From contig MTMD02000008.1 in NCBI GenBank assembly GCA_002010065.2, positions 330,758-394,757 on the forward strand: a DNA stretch of 64,000 bases, written 5' to 3'. Source of the DNA: Candidatus Pyrohabitans jungbluthii (GTDB taxonomy: Archaea > Hydrothermarchaeota > Hydrothermarchaeia > Hydrothermarchaeales > BMS3B). This document shows, piece by piece, positions 29,801-38,598 of this stretch (position 1 is the stretch's first letter; the number at the start of each line of letters is the position of its first letter). The position numbers and the translations under genes are program-made. Below the pieces are notes generated by a model. That model ran no database searches, was not told where the DNA came from, and saw only the letters and a program-made list of their open reading frames with translations.

Positions 29801-30020
29801 TCGCCAGGTAGCGCAGTATCGCATCCTTCATTATCTTATTCCAAGCGGTGCCGAGATGAATCGCTCCGCTCGCATAGGGAGGACCGTCCAGGAAGTAGTA
29901 CGCAGGCTTATCCCTTAGCGCCTCCTTGCTCTTTTCATAAACCTTATGCTCCTTCCAGAACTTCTGAACCTTCTCCTCCAGCTTTTTCAGGTCGATGTTT
30001 CGCGGTGCCGGCGCTATCAT
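26883..30020 (-). CDS. ileS: Isoleucyl-tRNA synthetase
   Basis: DGPPYASG.IHLGT, GWDCHGLP, EGHDQTRGWF, KMSKS. Confidence 0.98.
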   Translation of the reverse strand: MIAPAPRNIDLKKLEEKVQKFWKEHKVYEKSKEALRDKPAYYFLDGPPYASGAIHLGTAWNKIMKDAILRYLAMRGYNVRRQPGWDCHGLPIEVKVEKEMGIKNKREIEENVEAFIEACRNWALRHVEIMTSQFKRLGVWMDWDEPYMTLKDDYIESAWWTIKRAHEKGLLTRDLRVVTWCPRCETALADAEIEYAERTDPSIYVKFPVVGAENEYLLIWTTTPWTLVGNLAVVVHPDFDYVKVKTSQGKLIIAKELVHLLEDKFGLSYEVLEEFKGRELEGLQYENPLKDYIKVEAPENAYRVILADFVTLGEGTGLVHCAPGHGPEDFEAAKRYGIPAICPVDEEGRFTEIAGKYAGYKTKKDDKVIIQDLSKKGALLKAEHITHRYGHCWRCKSPIIYRATEQWFIAITKLKEKMLSEIERVEWIPEWAGSARFKDWISNAKDWTISRQRYWGIPLPVWVCDSCGSMEVIASKAELEAKAGKVKELHRPYVDVSFACECGGEKRRVSDVLDVWFDSGVAGWASLGYPAKEEPFRSLYPVDFITEGHDQTRGWFYSQLGCGLLAFDEVPYRRVLMHGFTLDEKGEKMSKSLGNVVTPEEVIERFSADILRFYVLWANKPWEDLRFNWEEVKVVSKMFNILWNVYVFATTYMSLDGFTPEKVPPNLRKHCRSEDKWILSKLNSVIKEVSEAFDTLHLYKATRALNEFIVEDLSRWYITLVRPRTWVEKESIDKIAAYSVLYRVLCHLAKLLAPIAPHVSEEIYQNLVASLGIGEDSVHLEKFPSPHEEYIDKELEEDMLVARGVVEATASAREKLGVKRRWPVLRLIFSPIDDRAAKAAKHLEELIKRQGNAMELVILPPGEEPAEVELVAEPNFATLGPEFKGLAKDVAEAIRREDARKLHAGIEKGYPLTVKGEEVLIKEKHVEFKKRLPENMASASFDHGVVYIDATKTREILELGYAREVVRRIQEMRKELDLAVEAYISTKVSVGDEEIVDYLEAQREYIARETRSKQLEIATQLTHEGYEKVWKIEGKEFRISIREVE

Positions 30021-30082
30021 GAGGATCCCTCGCTATCTTAAAGAGGTTATTTTATTAAGGCTGGGAGGATATAAAGGTTAGC

Positions 30083-30469
30083 GTGGGAGAGCCGAAAAAT
30101 GCTAAAGGAAAGGTCGAGCAAGCGCTCATGCTCCTCGCCAGCGTTGAGGCTGAGAGCATAAGTGTTAAAGAGGCAGTGGAGATTGTGGAGCTTGTCACCG
30201 CCGTGCCTGAGCTCGTGAGGAGAACAATTGCCATAGCTGAGGAAAGGGGCATTGTCAAAAGAGAGGGTGGCAGGCTGGTAATAAGGGAAAGAGTCGTTGG
30301 GACAAAGGGGCATGGTGTCCAGGTTAAGCGCCGAGAATGCAATGCTCAATGCATGCGCTGTGGACGGAGGATTTCCACATGCTTCTTCCTTATCGTCGCT
30401 GAGTCTGAATTTGGCCCCTTCGGTAGCGAATGTATAAAGAGGCTCAGGCTAGGAACGCAAAGGTTATAA
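30083..30469 (+). CDS. wHTH plus Zn-finger protein (DUF5830-like)
   Basis: CMRCGRRIST..FGPFGSECI resembles a haloarchaeal conserved family. Confidence 0.65.
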   Translation: MGEPKNAKGKVEQALMLLASVEAESISVKEAVEIVELVTAVPELVRRTIAIAEERGIVKREGGRLVIRERVVGTKGHGVQVKRRECNAQCMRCGRRISTCFFLIVAESEFGPFGSECIKRLRLGTQRL

Positions 30470-30505
30470 GGACATGCACGTTATGAATATCAATCAGGTG
30501 CTGCT

Positions 30506-31702
30506 ATGCGTTTAAATGCAGAAGAACTTGAGAAAAGGGGAAAGCTGGTAAAGAAGGATGAGCGCTATGAGGTCTACGACATAGAGATGGAAGACCTAGT
30601 GCTCTCCCTCACAAAGCTCTTCCCTGGCAAAGCCACGTCTGGACACTACCACGAGGATAGCGAGGAGGTGTACTACTTCCTGAGTGGTAGGGGCAAGATA
30701 AAGCTAGGCGAGGAAGTGCACGAAGCTCAGGCTGGGGACATATTCACAGTGCCCAAGGACACCTTCCATCAGGTTATCAACACTGGCGATGATGTGTTAA
30801 AGTTTATAGCTGTATTTGAAAAGTATGAAGGGCGGGGGACGAAGCTCAAGGCGATAATTCCCGCGGCTGGACACGGAACGCGCTTCCTTCCAATAACCAA
30901 AGCTCAGCCAAAGGAGATGCTTCCGGTTTTTGATAAACCTGTGATTCAGTATGTGGTTGAAGAGGCTCTGGACGCGGGCATCGACAACATTTTAATAATC
31001 ACAGGCAGGGGTAAGCGCGCCATCGAGGACCACTTCGACCGCTCACCTGAGCTGGAGCAGTTCCTCGAAAAGGCAGGGAAGCTGGAGTACCTTGAAGAGA
31101 TAAGAAAAATCAGCGAGCTTGCAAACATAACCTACATACGCCAGAAGGAGGCTCTTGGTCTTGGGCATGCGGTGCTCCAGGCGCGAGAGTTTGTGGGCAA
31201 CGCCTACTTCGCGGTGCTCCTGGGAGACGTTATAACAAAGCCCGCGTGCATAAGGGATATGCTGGAGGTGCACAAGCGCTACAGAGCCAGCGTAATTGCC
31301 CTGCAGGAAGTGCCCAAGCAGGAAGTTAGCAAGTACGGCGTCGCTGAGCTGGGCAAGAGCCTGGGAGAAGGAGTGTATGAACTAACTGATGTGATAGAGA
31401 AACCCTCACCCGAAGAAGCGCCCTCCAATCTCGCCATCACTGGCAGGTACATCCTGAGCAGTAAAATTTTCACCTACCTTGCACAGGGTGAGCGAGGCTA
31501 TGGTGGCGAGATTCAGCTCACCGACGCGATCAGGAAGCTAATCCAAGATGGAGAGCGCGTGGTAGGTTACATCTACCCAGGCAAAGTCTTCGACATAGGA
31601 AACAAGCTGGACTGGATTAAGAGCACCATAATGCTCAGCCTGGAGAGTGAGTTCAGGGAAGAGATAGAGAGGTTTCTCAGAGAGCTTGGCTACGCCCACT
31701 GA
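30506..31702 (+). CDS. galU: Cupin-domain fused UTP-glucose-1-phosphate uridylyltransferase
   Basis: N-terminal cupin HYH..EVYY..G.G..H; then AIIPAAGHGTRFLPITKAQPKEM, GEIQLTDAI. Confidence 0.88.
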   Translation: MRLNAEELEKRGKLVKKDERYEVYDIEMEDLVLSLTKLFPGKATSGHYHEDSEEVYYFLSGRGKIKLGEEVHEAQAGDIFTVPKDTFHQVINTGDDVLKFIAVFEKYEGRGTKLKAIIPAAGHGTRFLPITKAQPKEMLPVFDKPVIQYVVEEALDAGIDNILIITGRGKRAIEDHFDRSPELEQFLEKAGKLEYLEEIRKISELANITYIRQKEALGLGHAVLQAREFVGNAYFAVLLGDVITKPACIRDMLEVHKRYRASVIALQEVPKQEVSKYGVAELGKSLGEGVYELTDVIEKPSPEEAPSNLAITGRYILSSKIFTYLAQGERGYGGEIQLTDAIRKLIQDGERVVGYIYPGKVFDIGNKLDWIKSTIMLSLESEFREEIERFLRELGYAH

Positions 31703-31925
31703 TTTTGACACCATACTCAGCACTTATGTAAATCTGTATTCTGTAAATAGGAGGTATTGTAAACATTAATACACAATATTTATATATCATTAATTGTTAA
31801 TAATTATTTCCATAGGATGCATAGGAAGCAAAGGTGACAAATAAGGGAAGTGGTGGGTGTGAGAGTGGTGTTGCCCTGCAGGGGGGAAAGCGGTGCAATT
31901 TCTCCGGGGAAACTTCTGGTGTAAG

Positions 31926-31940
31926 TTTCGAAAGCTGAAA
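31926..31940 (+). promoter_or_regulatory. TTTCG-N5-CGAAA box upstream of the Zn-ribbon/MEDS-PadR/receiver operon
   Basis: TTTCG AAAGC TGAAA, 7 nt, TTTATGTA. Confidence 0.7.
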
Positions 31941-32002
31941 AGCAAAGTTTATGTAAGCTCCTATAGTAGGAATTACTTAACAAATAAAAGGGGGAGTGGG
32001 TC

Positions 32003-32242
32003 ATGAAGTCATCTCTTCGCTGTCCAAAGTGCGGAAGTTTAAATGTAGAGAAAGGACATCAAGAAGTATTTCCCAGCACTTTTATGAAAGATACTAAATA
32101 TTCGCTGATAAAGGCTCTTACAAGCTCCAAAGAATTTGAAATATACGCCTGCATGGATTGTGGATACGCCGAATGGTATATCCAGGAGAAGTACCTTGAG
32201 GATGGAAACCGGGCAAAGGCTGTTGCAAGTTCCAGAGCCTAG
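32003..32242 (+). CDS. Small Zn-ribbon protein (CPxCG...CxxCGY)
   Basis: CPKCGS and CMDCGYAEWY; G-rich SD. Confidence 0.8.
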   Translation: MKSSLRCPKCGSLNVEKGHQEVFPSTFMKDTKYSLIKALTSSKEFEIYACMDCGYAEWYIQEKYLEDGNRAKAVASSRA

Positions 32243-32259
32243 ATTTCCAACTCCTTCAG

Positions 32260-33213
32260 ATGAAGGAGGTTATAGGCGTGAGAAGAGCCAGGAATACAAA
32301 GAAGAATGGGCCAATTTACATCTTCAACGACTTCTACGACAGGGGCAATGACCTTTATCTCTACGACTCAAAGGAGGAGCGGCGTTACTACGTGACCAAA
32401 TCCTTCTTTCAAGCGGGTATAGATAAAAATAAGCTCTGCATTTATGCATTTCCCAGGAAACAGGATAGATTCCAGTTCAAGAGCTTTTCTGGTGATGCTT
32501 TTCGTGAAATAGAGCTCATAAGAGGGAATATAAAGATGCTAAAAGGGAGGGACCTAGAAGCATTTTATTCTGATTTTGAGGAGCTCAAGGATTATGCAAA
32601 AGATAATGGATATGAGGGCATCCACCTGAAAATCGACTTCGGCAAAGTTAGAGATGATATAATCGACGAAGTTATCGAGCTTGAAAAAAAGCTTCATAAT
32701 TCCACGAATGGCATTCCCGTAGCCTCAATAAGCTCATACAACATGAATTTTCTCAACCAGGATGCTGTTAACAGCCTCACAAAGCTTCATGACAGGGTGA
32801 TGATAACCACCGAAAAAGGGGAAACTTCAATAGCATTTTTCCAGCAGCCAAAAGCAAGACCGGTGCACATCCCGAGAATTGAGGTTATTTCTTCGAAAAT
32901 GATGGAGCAGATCGTCAAGAAGTCTCTCCAGATTATAATTCTATCCCTCCTGAAGCAGCAGCCCATGTGCGGGTTTGACATAATCAAGAGCCTGGTGCAC
33001 AACTTCAATGTGCTTCTCAGCCAGGGCACGGTGTATCCAATTCTGTACTCGCTGGAAAAGGAGGGATACCTCAAGACGGTTATAAAGTCGGATAACAAGA
33101 CAAAGCTTTATGTGCCCACAGAGATGGCCCATGAGTACATAGAGCGCCAGATACGAGAGTATATCCAAGCTCAGGAGAAGATACTCGCCCTTATCGCGAG
33201 GGGATTGAAATGA
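32260..33213 (+). CDS. MEDS-like sensor domain fused to a PadR-family wHTH regulator
   Basis: FFQAGIDKNKLCIY, IELEKKL..SSYN..LTKLHD (MEDS-like); ILSLL..MCGFDIIK..SQGTVYPILYSLEKEG (PadR). Confidence 0.8.
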   Translation: MKEVIGVRRARNTKKNGPIYIFNDFYDRGNDLYLYDSKEERRYYVTKSFFQAGIDKNKLCIYAFPRKQDRFQFKSFSGDAFREIELIRGNIKMLKGRDLEAFYSDFEELKDYAKDNGYEGIHLKIDFGKVRDDIIDEVIELEKKLHNSTNGIPVASISSYNMNFLNQDAVNSLTKLHDRVMITTEKGETSIAFFQQPKARPVHIPRIEVISSKMMEQIVKKSLQIIILSLLKQQPMCGFDIIKSLVHNFNVLLSQGTVYPILYSLEKEGYLKTVIKSDNKTKLYVPTEMAHEYIERQIREYIQAQEKILALIARGLK

Positions 33214-33578
33214 AGATAATGGTCGTGGACGACGATGATATAATCATCGAAGCCATGAAGAATATCCTCACGCCTGAAGGGTTCACAGTCATTGGGGCGA
33301 GAAGCGGTGAGGAGTGTCTGCGCATACTTGAAAGGGAGAAACCAGACTACATCTTTATAGATATCCAGATGCCAGGTATGGACGGTTGGGAAACCCTGCG
33401 GGAGATCAAGAAGAGGGAGGAACTTCGCCACATTCCCATTGCAATGCTCACCGCCCAGCCTCTGACAAAGGAAACCCTGAAAAAGGACGACATCTACGCG
33501 CTTGTGGATTACGTGGTCAAGCCCTTCACTAAGAGGGATATAACAGAGACCCTGAAGCAGGCGCTCGTGCTCGTCTGA
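33210..33578 (+). CDS. Single-domain response regulator receiver
   Basis: VVDDD, DIQMPGMDG, MLTA, KPF. Confidence 0.92.
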   Translation: MKIMVVDDDDIIIEAMKNILTPEGFTVIGARSGEECLRILEREKPDYIFIDIQMPGMDGWETLREIKKREELRHIPIAMLTAQPLTKETLKKDDIYALVDYVVKPFTKRDITETLKQALVLV

Positions 33579-33969
33579 GGCACTCAGATTTTTTCATGCT
33601 TTTTCGTCGTCAAAGTTGAGATTTGGCTTCTCGTGCTCGGAGAGTTGTTATAAAGCCGAGATGTTTGATGTTCCACCACGCGGTGTCTTTTACTTCTATT
33701 TTTGGTCTCTATATTTATCATGCTGAGCCTCTAAAAGAGATCCACTATCCTGGGTGTCTTTAGCTAACCGTTTCTGTGCTTAATTTTCAGTGAGGCTCCA
33801 GAACTTTTTGTTGTGTGAGTTTAGAATTACCAAGAGGGGAGTATGGAGCTTGTGAGCAGGCGTCTCGGCTAGCAGAGAGCGCCGCAACAAAAATCAGAAG
33901 GAACAGAATAATCCGGTGCTAACCAGCGGGAGAAAGCCACAGGGTTTAGATTGGATGCGGACGACGGGT

Positions 33970-34629
33970 TCACACCCAATTTCTAACGAAGATGGAGCGA
34001 ATCCCGCTGGGCGAAACCCTGGTGATTTCGCTCATTGTTCCGCCCACTGGCAGGATTGTTATTGTGAACTCCTTGTTTCCCTCAAGCGGATATGCTCTGT
34101 TGTTGGCCTCTATCCAGAAGTGCAGCTCTACATATTCCCCCTTCTCAAGCACATTGTTGTGGTTCTGCTCAAACACAGGCACCACGTAAAAATCAGCCAC
34201 CCCGTTCGCTATACCAGAACTGCTGTTTGTGCTGTTCTCCGCGAGGCTCAAGTCGTTAGTAATGGTCGCGTTATGCCTTATCCCGCTTATGTATACATCT
34301 CCGGAGTAGTAGTTTAAAATTATATCGTCATAGCGTATTTCAGAGCTTCCCGGCGCAAGGGTTACCAGGATTATGAGCTTTGTTATGTTTGGTCCGCCGT
34401 TGTTCCAAGTTTCGTTGGCGTAGGCGTAACCGGTTAAGTCCACTATCTTAACATTGGTGGAGACCTCCTTCGTCGCCTCCTCGCCGGTAGACCTTGCCTT
34501 TGATTGAAGCGTGCCCGTAGTTTTAAGGAGCACGCCTGCAGTGATTGCAGCCACCATTACCATTGCTATGAATACTATAAGCGTTCCAATACCAATCTGC
34601 GCACGGTTGTTCATTGAAATCGCCGGCAC
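33970..34629 (-). CDS. arlB: Archaellin
   Basis: Class III signal RA/QIGIGTLIVFIAMVMVAA. Confidence 0.93.
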   Translation of the reverse strand: MPAISMNNRAQIGIGTLIVFIAMVMVAAITAGVLLKTTGTLQSKARSTGEEATKEVSTNVKIVDLTGYAYANETWNNGGPNITKLIILVTLAPGSSEIRYDDIILNYYSGDVYISGIRHNATITNDLSLAENSTNSSSGIANGVADFYVVPVFEQNHNNVLEKGEYVELHFWIEANNRAYPLEGNKEFTITILPVGGTMSEITRVSPSGIRSIFVRNWV

Positions 34630-34684
34630 TTTAATTTTTATTCCCCCGTTTTAATCTGGTAGAGTATATTATATAAACATTTTT

Positions 34685-34699
34685 TTTCTTATTCTGAAA
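34685..34699 (-). promoter_or_regulatory. TTTCG-N5-CGAAA box upstream of an archaellin
   Basis: On the minus strand TTTCA GAATA AGAAA, 7 nt, TTTATATA. Confidence 0.65.
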
Positions 34700-34704
34700 A
34701 TTGG

Positions 34705-35145
34705 CTAGGTGTTAAAGTAATATTCATCCCACACATCCATTTTTACCAGAGCTTTGATGACGTAGCGCCCTGAGGGAAGTGCGGTTATATTTGCTTCAAG
34801 AACCTCATTAGGATCCCACAGGGAATTTTGAAGGTTTGTGCTCCTGTTAACTATCCGCGTGCCCAGAATGTTCACTCTCTCCCCGTTGAGGAAGAGCATC
34901 AAGCTATCTTTAGTGAGTATCGTGCTCCCAGCGTTCAGGATGTAAACCGACGTGTTGTCGCTTCCGGGATAAACATGAATCACCTTTATCTCAGTGTTTA
35001 GCCTCTCTGATATAAGATGGGACTTCTGGGAAATTCCTGTTTTGACCGCCTGAGAAGCTTCGCTAACCACACCTGCCACGCCAGCAGCAATTATGACTGC
35101 AGCGATGAAGAAAATTGCATGCGCTGCCGTGGTACTGAATCCCAT
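34705..35145 (-). CDS. Archaellum stator protein ArlG/ArlF-like
   Basis: MGFS..AIFFIAAVIIAAGVAG TM, YILNAGS, WDPNEVL. Confidence 0.8.
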   Translation of the reverse strand: MGFSTTAAHAIFFIAAVIIAAGVAGVVSEASQAVKTGISQKSHLISERLNTEIKVIHVYPGSDNTSVYILNAGSTILTKDSLMLFLNGERVNILGTRIVNRSTNLQNSLWDPNEVLEANITALPSGRYVIKALVKMDVWDEYYFNT

Positions 35146-35146
35146 C

Positions 35147-35593
35147 TCAGCTGCCACCTTTAAACCTGTAATAGGGGGTCCAGAGGTTCCTGTTGAGCAC
35201 TGCAACGTAGTTCCAGCCCTGTATAAGGCTGGCTGTGAGGTTTATCTCGATTATCTCATTCAGACCCCACAGCTCGTTTCCGCGTGGGTTTATCACCTCT
35301 ATCGAAGAAGGTTCAACCCACTCCCCGTTTATCCTCACTTTACTCTGGTCGGGGTCCAGAGCCACGCTTCCCACATTTTCCACATAGATGGAGAGGTTAT
35401 TCCCCTCGGTATTCACATGCACCACCTTTATGCCTCCCACAAGCTTCTCCTCAAGCTCTGACTTTTTTGCCAGCGCATTGCTTTCCATGTGGGATACCTG
35501 CTGGTTCAGCACACCCACCAGACTTGCTGCCACCACCACCACGCCTATGAAGAGAATGACCGAGGGCAGGGATTCAGACACTGCTAATCCCAC
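35147..35593 (-). CDS. Archaellum protein ArlG-like
   Basis: VILFIGVVVVAASLVG TM, IYVENVGS, WGLNEII. Confidence 0.78.
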   Translation of the reverse strand: MGLAVSESLPSVILFIGVVVVAASLVGVLNQQVSHMESNALAKKSELEEKLVGGIKVVHVNTEGNNLSIYVENVGSVALDPDQSKVRINGEWVEPSSIEVINPRGNELWGLNEIIEINLTASLIQGWNYVAVLNRNLWTPYYRFKGGS

Positions 35594-36288
35594 CCGTAGT
35601 TGTAGTTATCCGCAGGCAGAGTGTGCGCATGAGGCAGAGCCTCACCCACGCGGTATTCATCCCAGACGCCGTTCTTCACAATCACCTTGACGCTGCTCTG
35701 CACACTGCGCTGGGTGGTTATCTCTACCACATCCCCAGGTCTCCAGTAGAAGCTGGGAGAGGTATTCGTAGCCACAAACTTGCCGGTTGCAATGGTTATG
35801 TTGAACCACCCCACTATACCATAAAGCTGATCAGGAGCCGGTGTGGAGGGGTTGTATACCTGGGTGTCGTCCTGGGTTGTTAGAGTTAAGGAGGGGTTTG
35901 CGCTGCTGTCGTGATATGCACCCTTAACCAAGTAGGTCTTGTTAACATAGCTCACCTGGAAGTAGCCTAGGGCGCTCACAGTATACGCATCGCTCTCGAG
36001 CCATGCGCCATCTATAACCAGAGACACATAGTCAGGGTCTAAAGTGGTGCTTCCTGTGTTCTCCACATAGATTAAAGTATTTCCTCCGCTTTCGGTTATA
36101 TTCACTATCTCTATTTTGGTGCTCAGCACCTCCAGGTCTCGCTTTGACTGCTCCTTTATATTCTCGGCAAGCGTGGTCAGGTAGCTCTCGCCAGCGCTTA
36201 AAAGCTCCACCGCTGCAGTTATGCCTGCCATGAAAATTATAAGAAAGGCCGCAGCGGTGGCAAATCCCAACCCACCACCCCCTATCAC
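35584..36288 (-). CDS. Archaellum protein ArlF-like with insertion
   Basis: GFATAAAFLIIF TM, TKIEIVN, VENTGSTTL, WRPGDVV. Confidence 0.72.
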   Translation of the reverse strand: MIGGGGLGFATAAAFLIIFMAGITAAVELLSAGESYLTTLAENIKEQSKRDLEVLSTKIEIVNITESGGNTLIYVENTGSTTLDPDYVSLVIDGAWLESDAYTVSALGYFQVSYVNKTYLVKGAYHDSSANPSLTLTTQDDTQVYNPSTPAPDQLYGIVGWFNITIATGKFVATNTSPSFYWRPGDVVEITTQRSVQSSVKVIVKNGVWDEYRVGEALPHAHTLPADNYNYGWD

Positions 36289-37193
36289 ACTATGCCCGAC
36301 TCATCGAGCTGGTTTACAACCTCTGAGTAAAGGGTGGGGCTTACATCCATTCCCTGAAGCTTGATTATGAAGAAGAGGGAGATGATGTGCTCTAGGATGG
36401 TGAGTTTTCGATTGCCTCTCGAAGCACGTGTACCGCCGAGGTCGCGGGAATACTTTATTATCTGGTCCCTAACCTCCTTGGTTATCCAGCCAACCTCCTC
36501 ATAGAATAGCAATGTTTTTATCATGCCCTGGTAGCCCACCTTCTTTATAAGAAAGTCCAACCACTTGAAGAGGAGGAGCAGCGAGTTGGGGTCGTTGTTT
36601 ATCCGCGTTAGCCTCACCACTGCACCATCTGGCTTTATATCCACCATCCCCTTTTCCACCATGCGCTCCTCTAGCATCTGCCCTTCAGAAGTAGCCGACA
36701 GCACAGATTTCTTCTCCTTTTTCTCCAGCTCATTACCATTCCCGTTTTCAATCCCGTTGGAATACCCTATAAATGGATTTATCTCATTGGTCACAAGCTC
36801 ATAAACAGAGAGCAGACCTTCCATATTTTTCTCAATCTTTGATATCCTTTCATCAAAACCGCTAACAAGGTTCTCAATCTTTGCCACTGTATCGCTTATC
36901 TCTGAAACCCTTTCCTCGAGCTGGGAAATAGCTTCCTGGGACACAGAAGCGGCTGGGCTAAAGCTCTCCTCCGCCGGTGCCTCCCCGAAGGGCGGAGCAT
37001 CACTTGCTTTATCTTCAGCCTCAGAAAAGAAGGGCGGGAGGTCCTCATCCTCTGCGTCTGTTTTCACCACCTCTCCAAAGGGCGGCACCTCTGATTTTTC
37101 CTCTTCCAGCGCCTTTTCGTTCAGTTCCCCAAGGTCGATCTTCTTATCCTTCAATCCGAGAACCAGCCCAACGCTAAGCAGTTCAAGCATCAA
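36285..37193 (-). CDS. Archaellum switch protein ArlC/D/E-like
   Basis: Coiled coil LLSVYELVTNEINPF (ArlC-like) plus KWLDFLIKKVG..FYEEVGWIT..H..SLFFI (ArlD/E domain). Confidence 0.88.
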   Translation of the reverse strand: MMLELLSVGLVLGLKDKKIDLGELNEKALEEEKSEVPPFGEVVKTDAEDEDLPPFFSEAEDKASDAPPFGEAPAEESFSPAASVSQEAISQLEERVSEISDTVAKIENLVSGFDERISKIEKNMEGLLSVYELVTNEINPFIGYSNGIENGNGNELEKKEKKSVLSATSEGQMLEERMVEKGMVDIKPDGAVVRLTRINNDPNSLLLLFKWLDFLIKKVGYQGMIKTLLFYEEVGWITKEVRDQIIKYSRDLGGTRASRGNRKLTILEHIISLFFIIKLQGMDVSPTLYSEVVNQLDESGIV

Positions 37194-37797
37194 TTTTTAT
37201 CCCCTCTCTCCTCGTATTTACCTGGTTGACCGGTATATCACGCCTCATTCTGAGAAGTTCCACTTCTTTTCTGGCGGATCTCAACTCTCTCTCCAGCTCT
37301 TTTATCCTTCTTCTCAGGTTTCTTATGTTTATCTCCTTTATTATTCCTAATCTGTACCATTTCTCGATTTCTTTTGCTGCCAAGGTGGGGTTTCTGAGAT
37401 TCTGAACCTTCGATCTTTTAAACCACTCTTCGAGTTCCTTCAAACTGTAGAGCAGCTCCAGGTCTTCACTGGGCAGGTTTATGCCGCGCACCTCCCCCAG
37501 CACAGGCTGCGATATCCTCTTTTTTACAGGTATGGGATCGCTCACATTCATCCTGCCCTTCAGGAGAGCGCCGTAGGTTATCAGAGCAATGGCGGCGAAG
37601 GCTACGTAGAGAATAAACCAAGTCGCCAGGTTACCTTCCTTGTTTACCACAAGATTTACAGGTAGTAGCATTATAAGCATGCCCACTGTCGCTGTCAGTG
37701 ACCAGTATAGACTCCACACCATCTTATTCTTCCTCTTTATATAACTCTCAAGTTCATCCATCAGCACAGCATCTGGCGAGGTCTGGATTATATACAT
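37183..37797 (-). CDS. Hypothetical 2-TM protein with C-terminal coiled coil
   Basis: Two hydrophobic helices, LRRRIKELERELRSARKEVELL; first gene of the arlCDE-F-G operon. Confidence 0.75.
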   Translation of the reverse strand: MYIIQTSPDAVLMDELESYIKRKNKMVWSLYWSLTATVGMLIMLLPVNLVVNKEGNLATWFILYVAFAAIALITYGALLKGRMNVSDPIPVKKRISQPVLGEVRGINLPSEDLELLYSLKELEEWFKRSKVQNLRNPTLAAKEIEKWYRLGIIKEINIRNLRRRIKELERELRSARKEVELLRMRRDIPVNQVNTRREGIKIDA

Positions 37798-37849
37798 CCC
37801 CCCATGTATGTTATAATAACCCCATTTTTCTGTCTATTTAAAGGTTGTT

Positions 37850-37917
37850 TTTCGGAAAATGAAGCTGGAAGAAAAATAAGCCATATAGTTTTTCGAATCT
37901 TTTTACGTTTTTCGAAA
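37850..37917. promoter_or_regulatory. Divergent promoters, each with a TTTCG-N5-CGAAA box
   Basis: 37850-37864 (minus strand; 7 nt to TTTAAATA) and 37903-37917 (plus strand; 7 nt to TATATCTA). Confidence 0.7.
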
Positions 37918-37965
37918 CTAAACCTATATCTACCTTAATTGATAATTTTGAAGAAGGTGTTAAAA

Positions 37966-38112
37966 ATGTGGAGCTGTCCTGTTTGCGGATCAACGGAGTT
38001 TGTTCTAACGCCAAATGGGGGTAAAGTGCAGAAGGTACGCTGCGCTACATGCGAACGTACCTTTATACTTGAGGAGCTCCGCCTCCTTGACGGATACAGC
38101 AGAAACTGGTAG
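37966..38112 (+). CDS. 48-aa CPxCG Zn-finger microprotein (not in ORF track)
   Basis: MWSCPVCGSTEFVLTPNGGKVQKVRCATCERTFILEELRLLDGYSRNW; SD-like GAAGGTG; own promoter. Confidence 0.75.
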   Translation: MWSCPVCGSTEFVLTPNGGKVQKVRCATCERTFILEELRLLDGYSRNW

Positions 38113-38113
38113 C

Positions 38114-38596
38114 TCACAGTTCTCTCACGCCTTCCCTCACGGTTCTTACCAAGAGCTTCCCGGAAGAGGTGTCAAATTCCAGGGTTCTCCCAACATTTCC
38201 ACCGGTATCTTCAGCAACTATCCTTATATCTTCTTTTTCAAGGATATTTTTTACAGCGATGACATTTTTTCTTCCTATATAGTCATTTTTTGGTGTAAAA
38301 TAGAACATCTTCGCCCCACCTGCTATCTTTGCAACAATTCTGGATTTTGATGCTCCGAGTTTCAGCATCTTCTCAATTGCCAGAGGAATAGCGGTGTCCA
38401 CATACTTTGCTCTGTTCTCCACTGGTTGGAAATTCCTGCTGCTGGGCAGCATTATATGAGCTAAAGACCCAACCTTGGACGTGGAATCGAAAAGGGCGAC
38501 GCCAACACAGGAACCCAACCCAATACTCACCAGCTTCGCTGGTTTGGTCGCGGCTTTAACGTCGGCGATGTCTACAACAATCACCGGCGGAGACAT
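38114..38596 (-). CDS. cheD: Chemoreceptor deamidase CheD
   Basis: GLGSCVGV, HIMLP, AKIAGGAKMF, IGRKN, EDTGG. Confidence 0.95.
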   Translation of the reverse strand: MSPPVIVVDIADVKAATKPAKLVSIGLGSCVGVALFDSTSKVGSLAHIMLPSSRNFQPVENRAKYVDTAIPLAIEKMLKLGASKSRIVAKIAGGAKMFYFTPKNDYIGRKNVIAVKNILEKEDIRIVAEDTGGNVGRTLEFDTSSGKLLVRTVREGVREL

Positions 38597-38598
38597 GC

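Noticed and set aside
33580-33965. Hidden gene in the 390-nt spacer between the receiver and an archaellin
   Set aside because: A hydrophobic stretch exists on the minus strand but has no start codon or SD.
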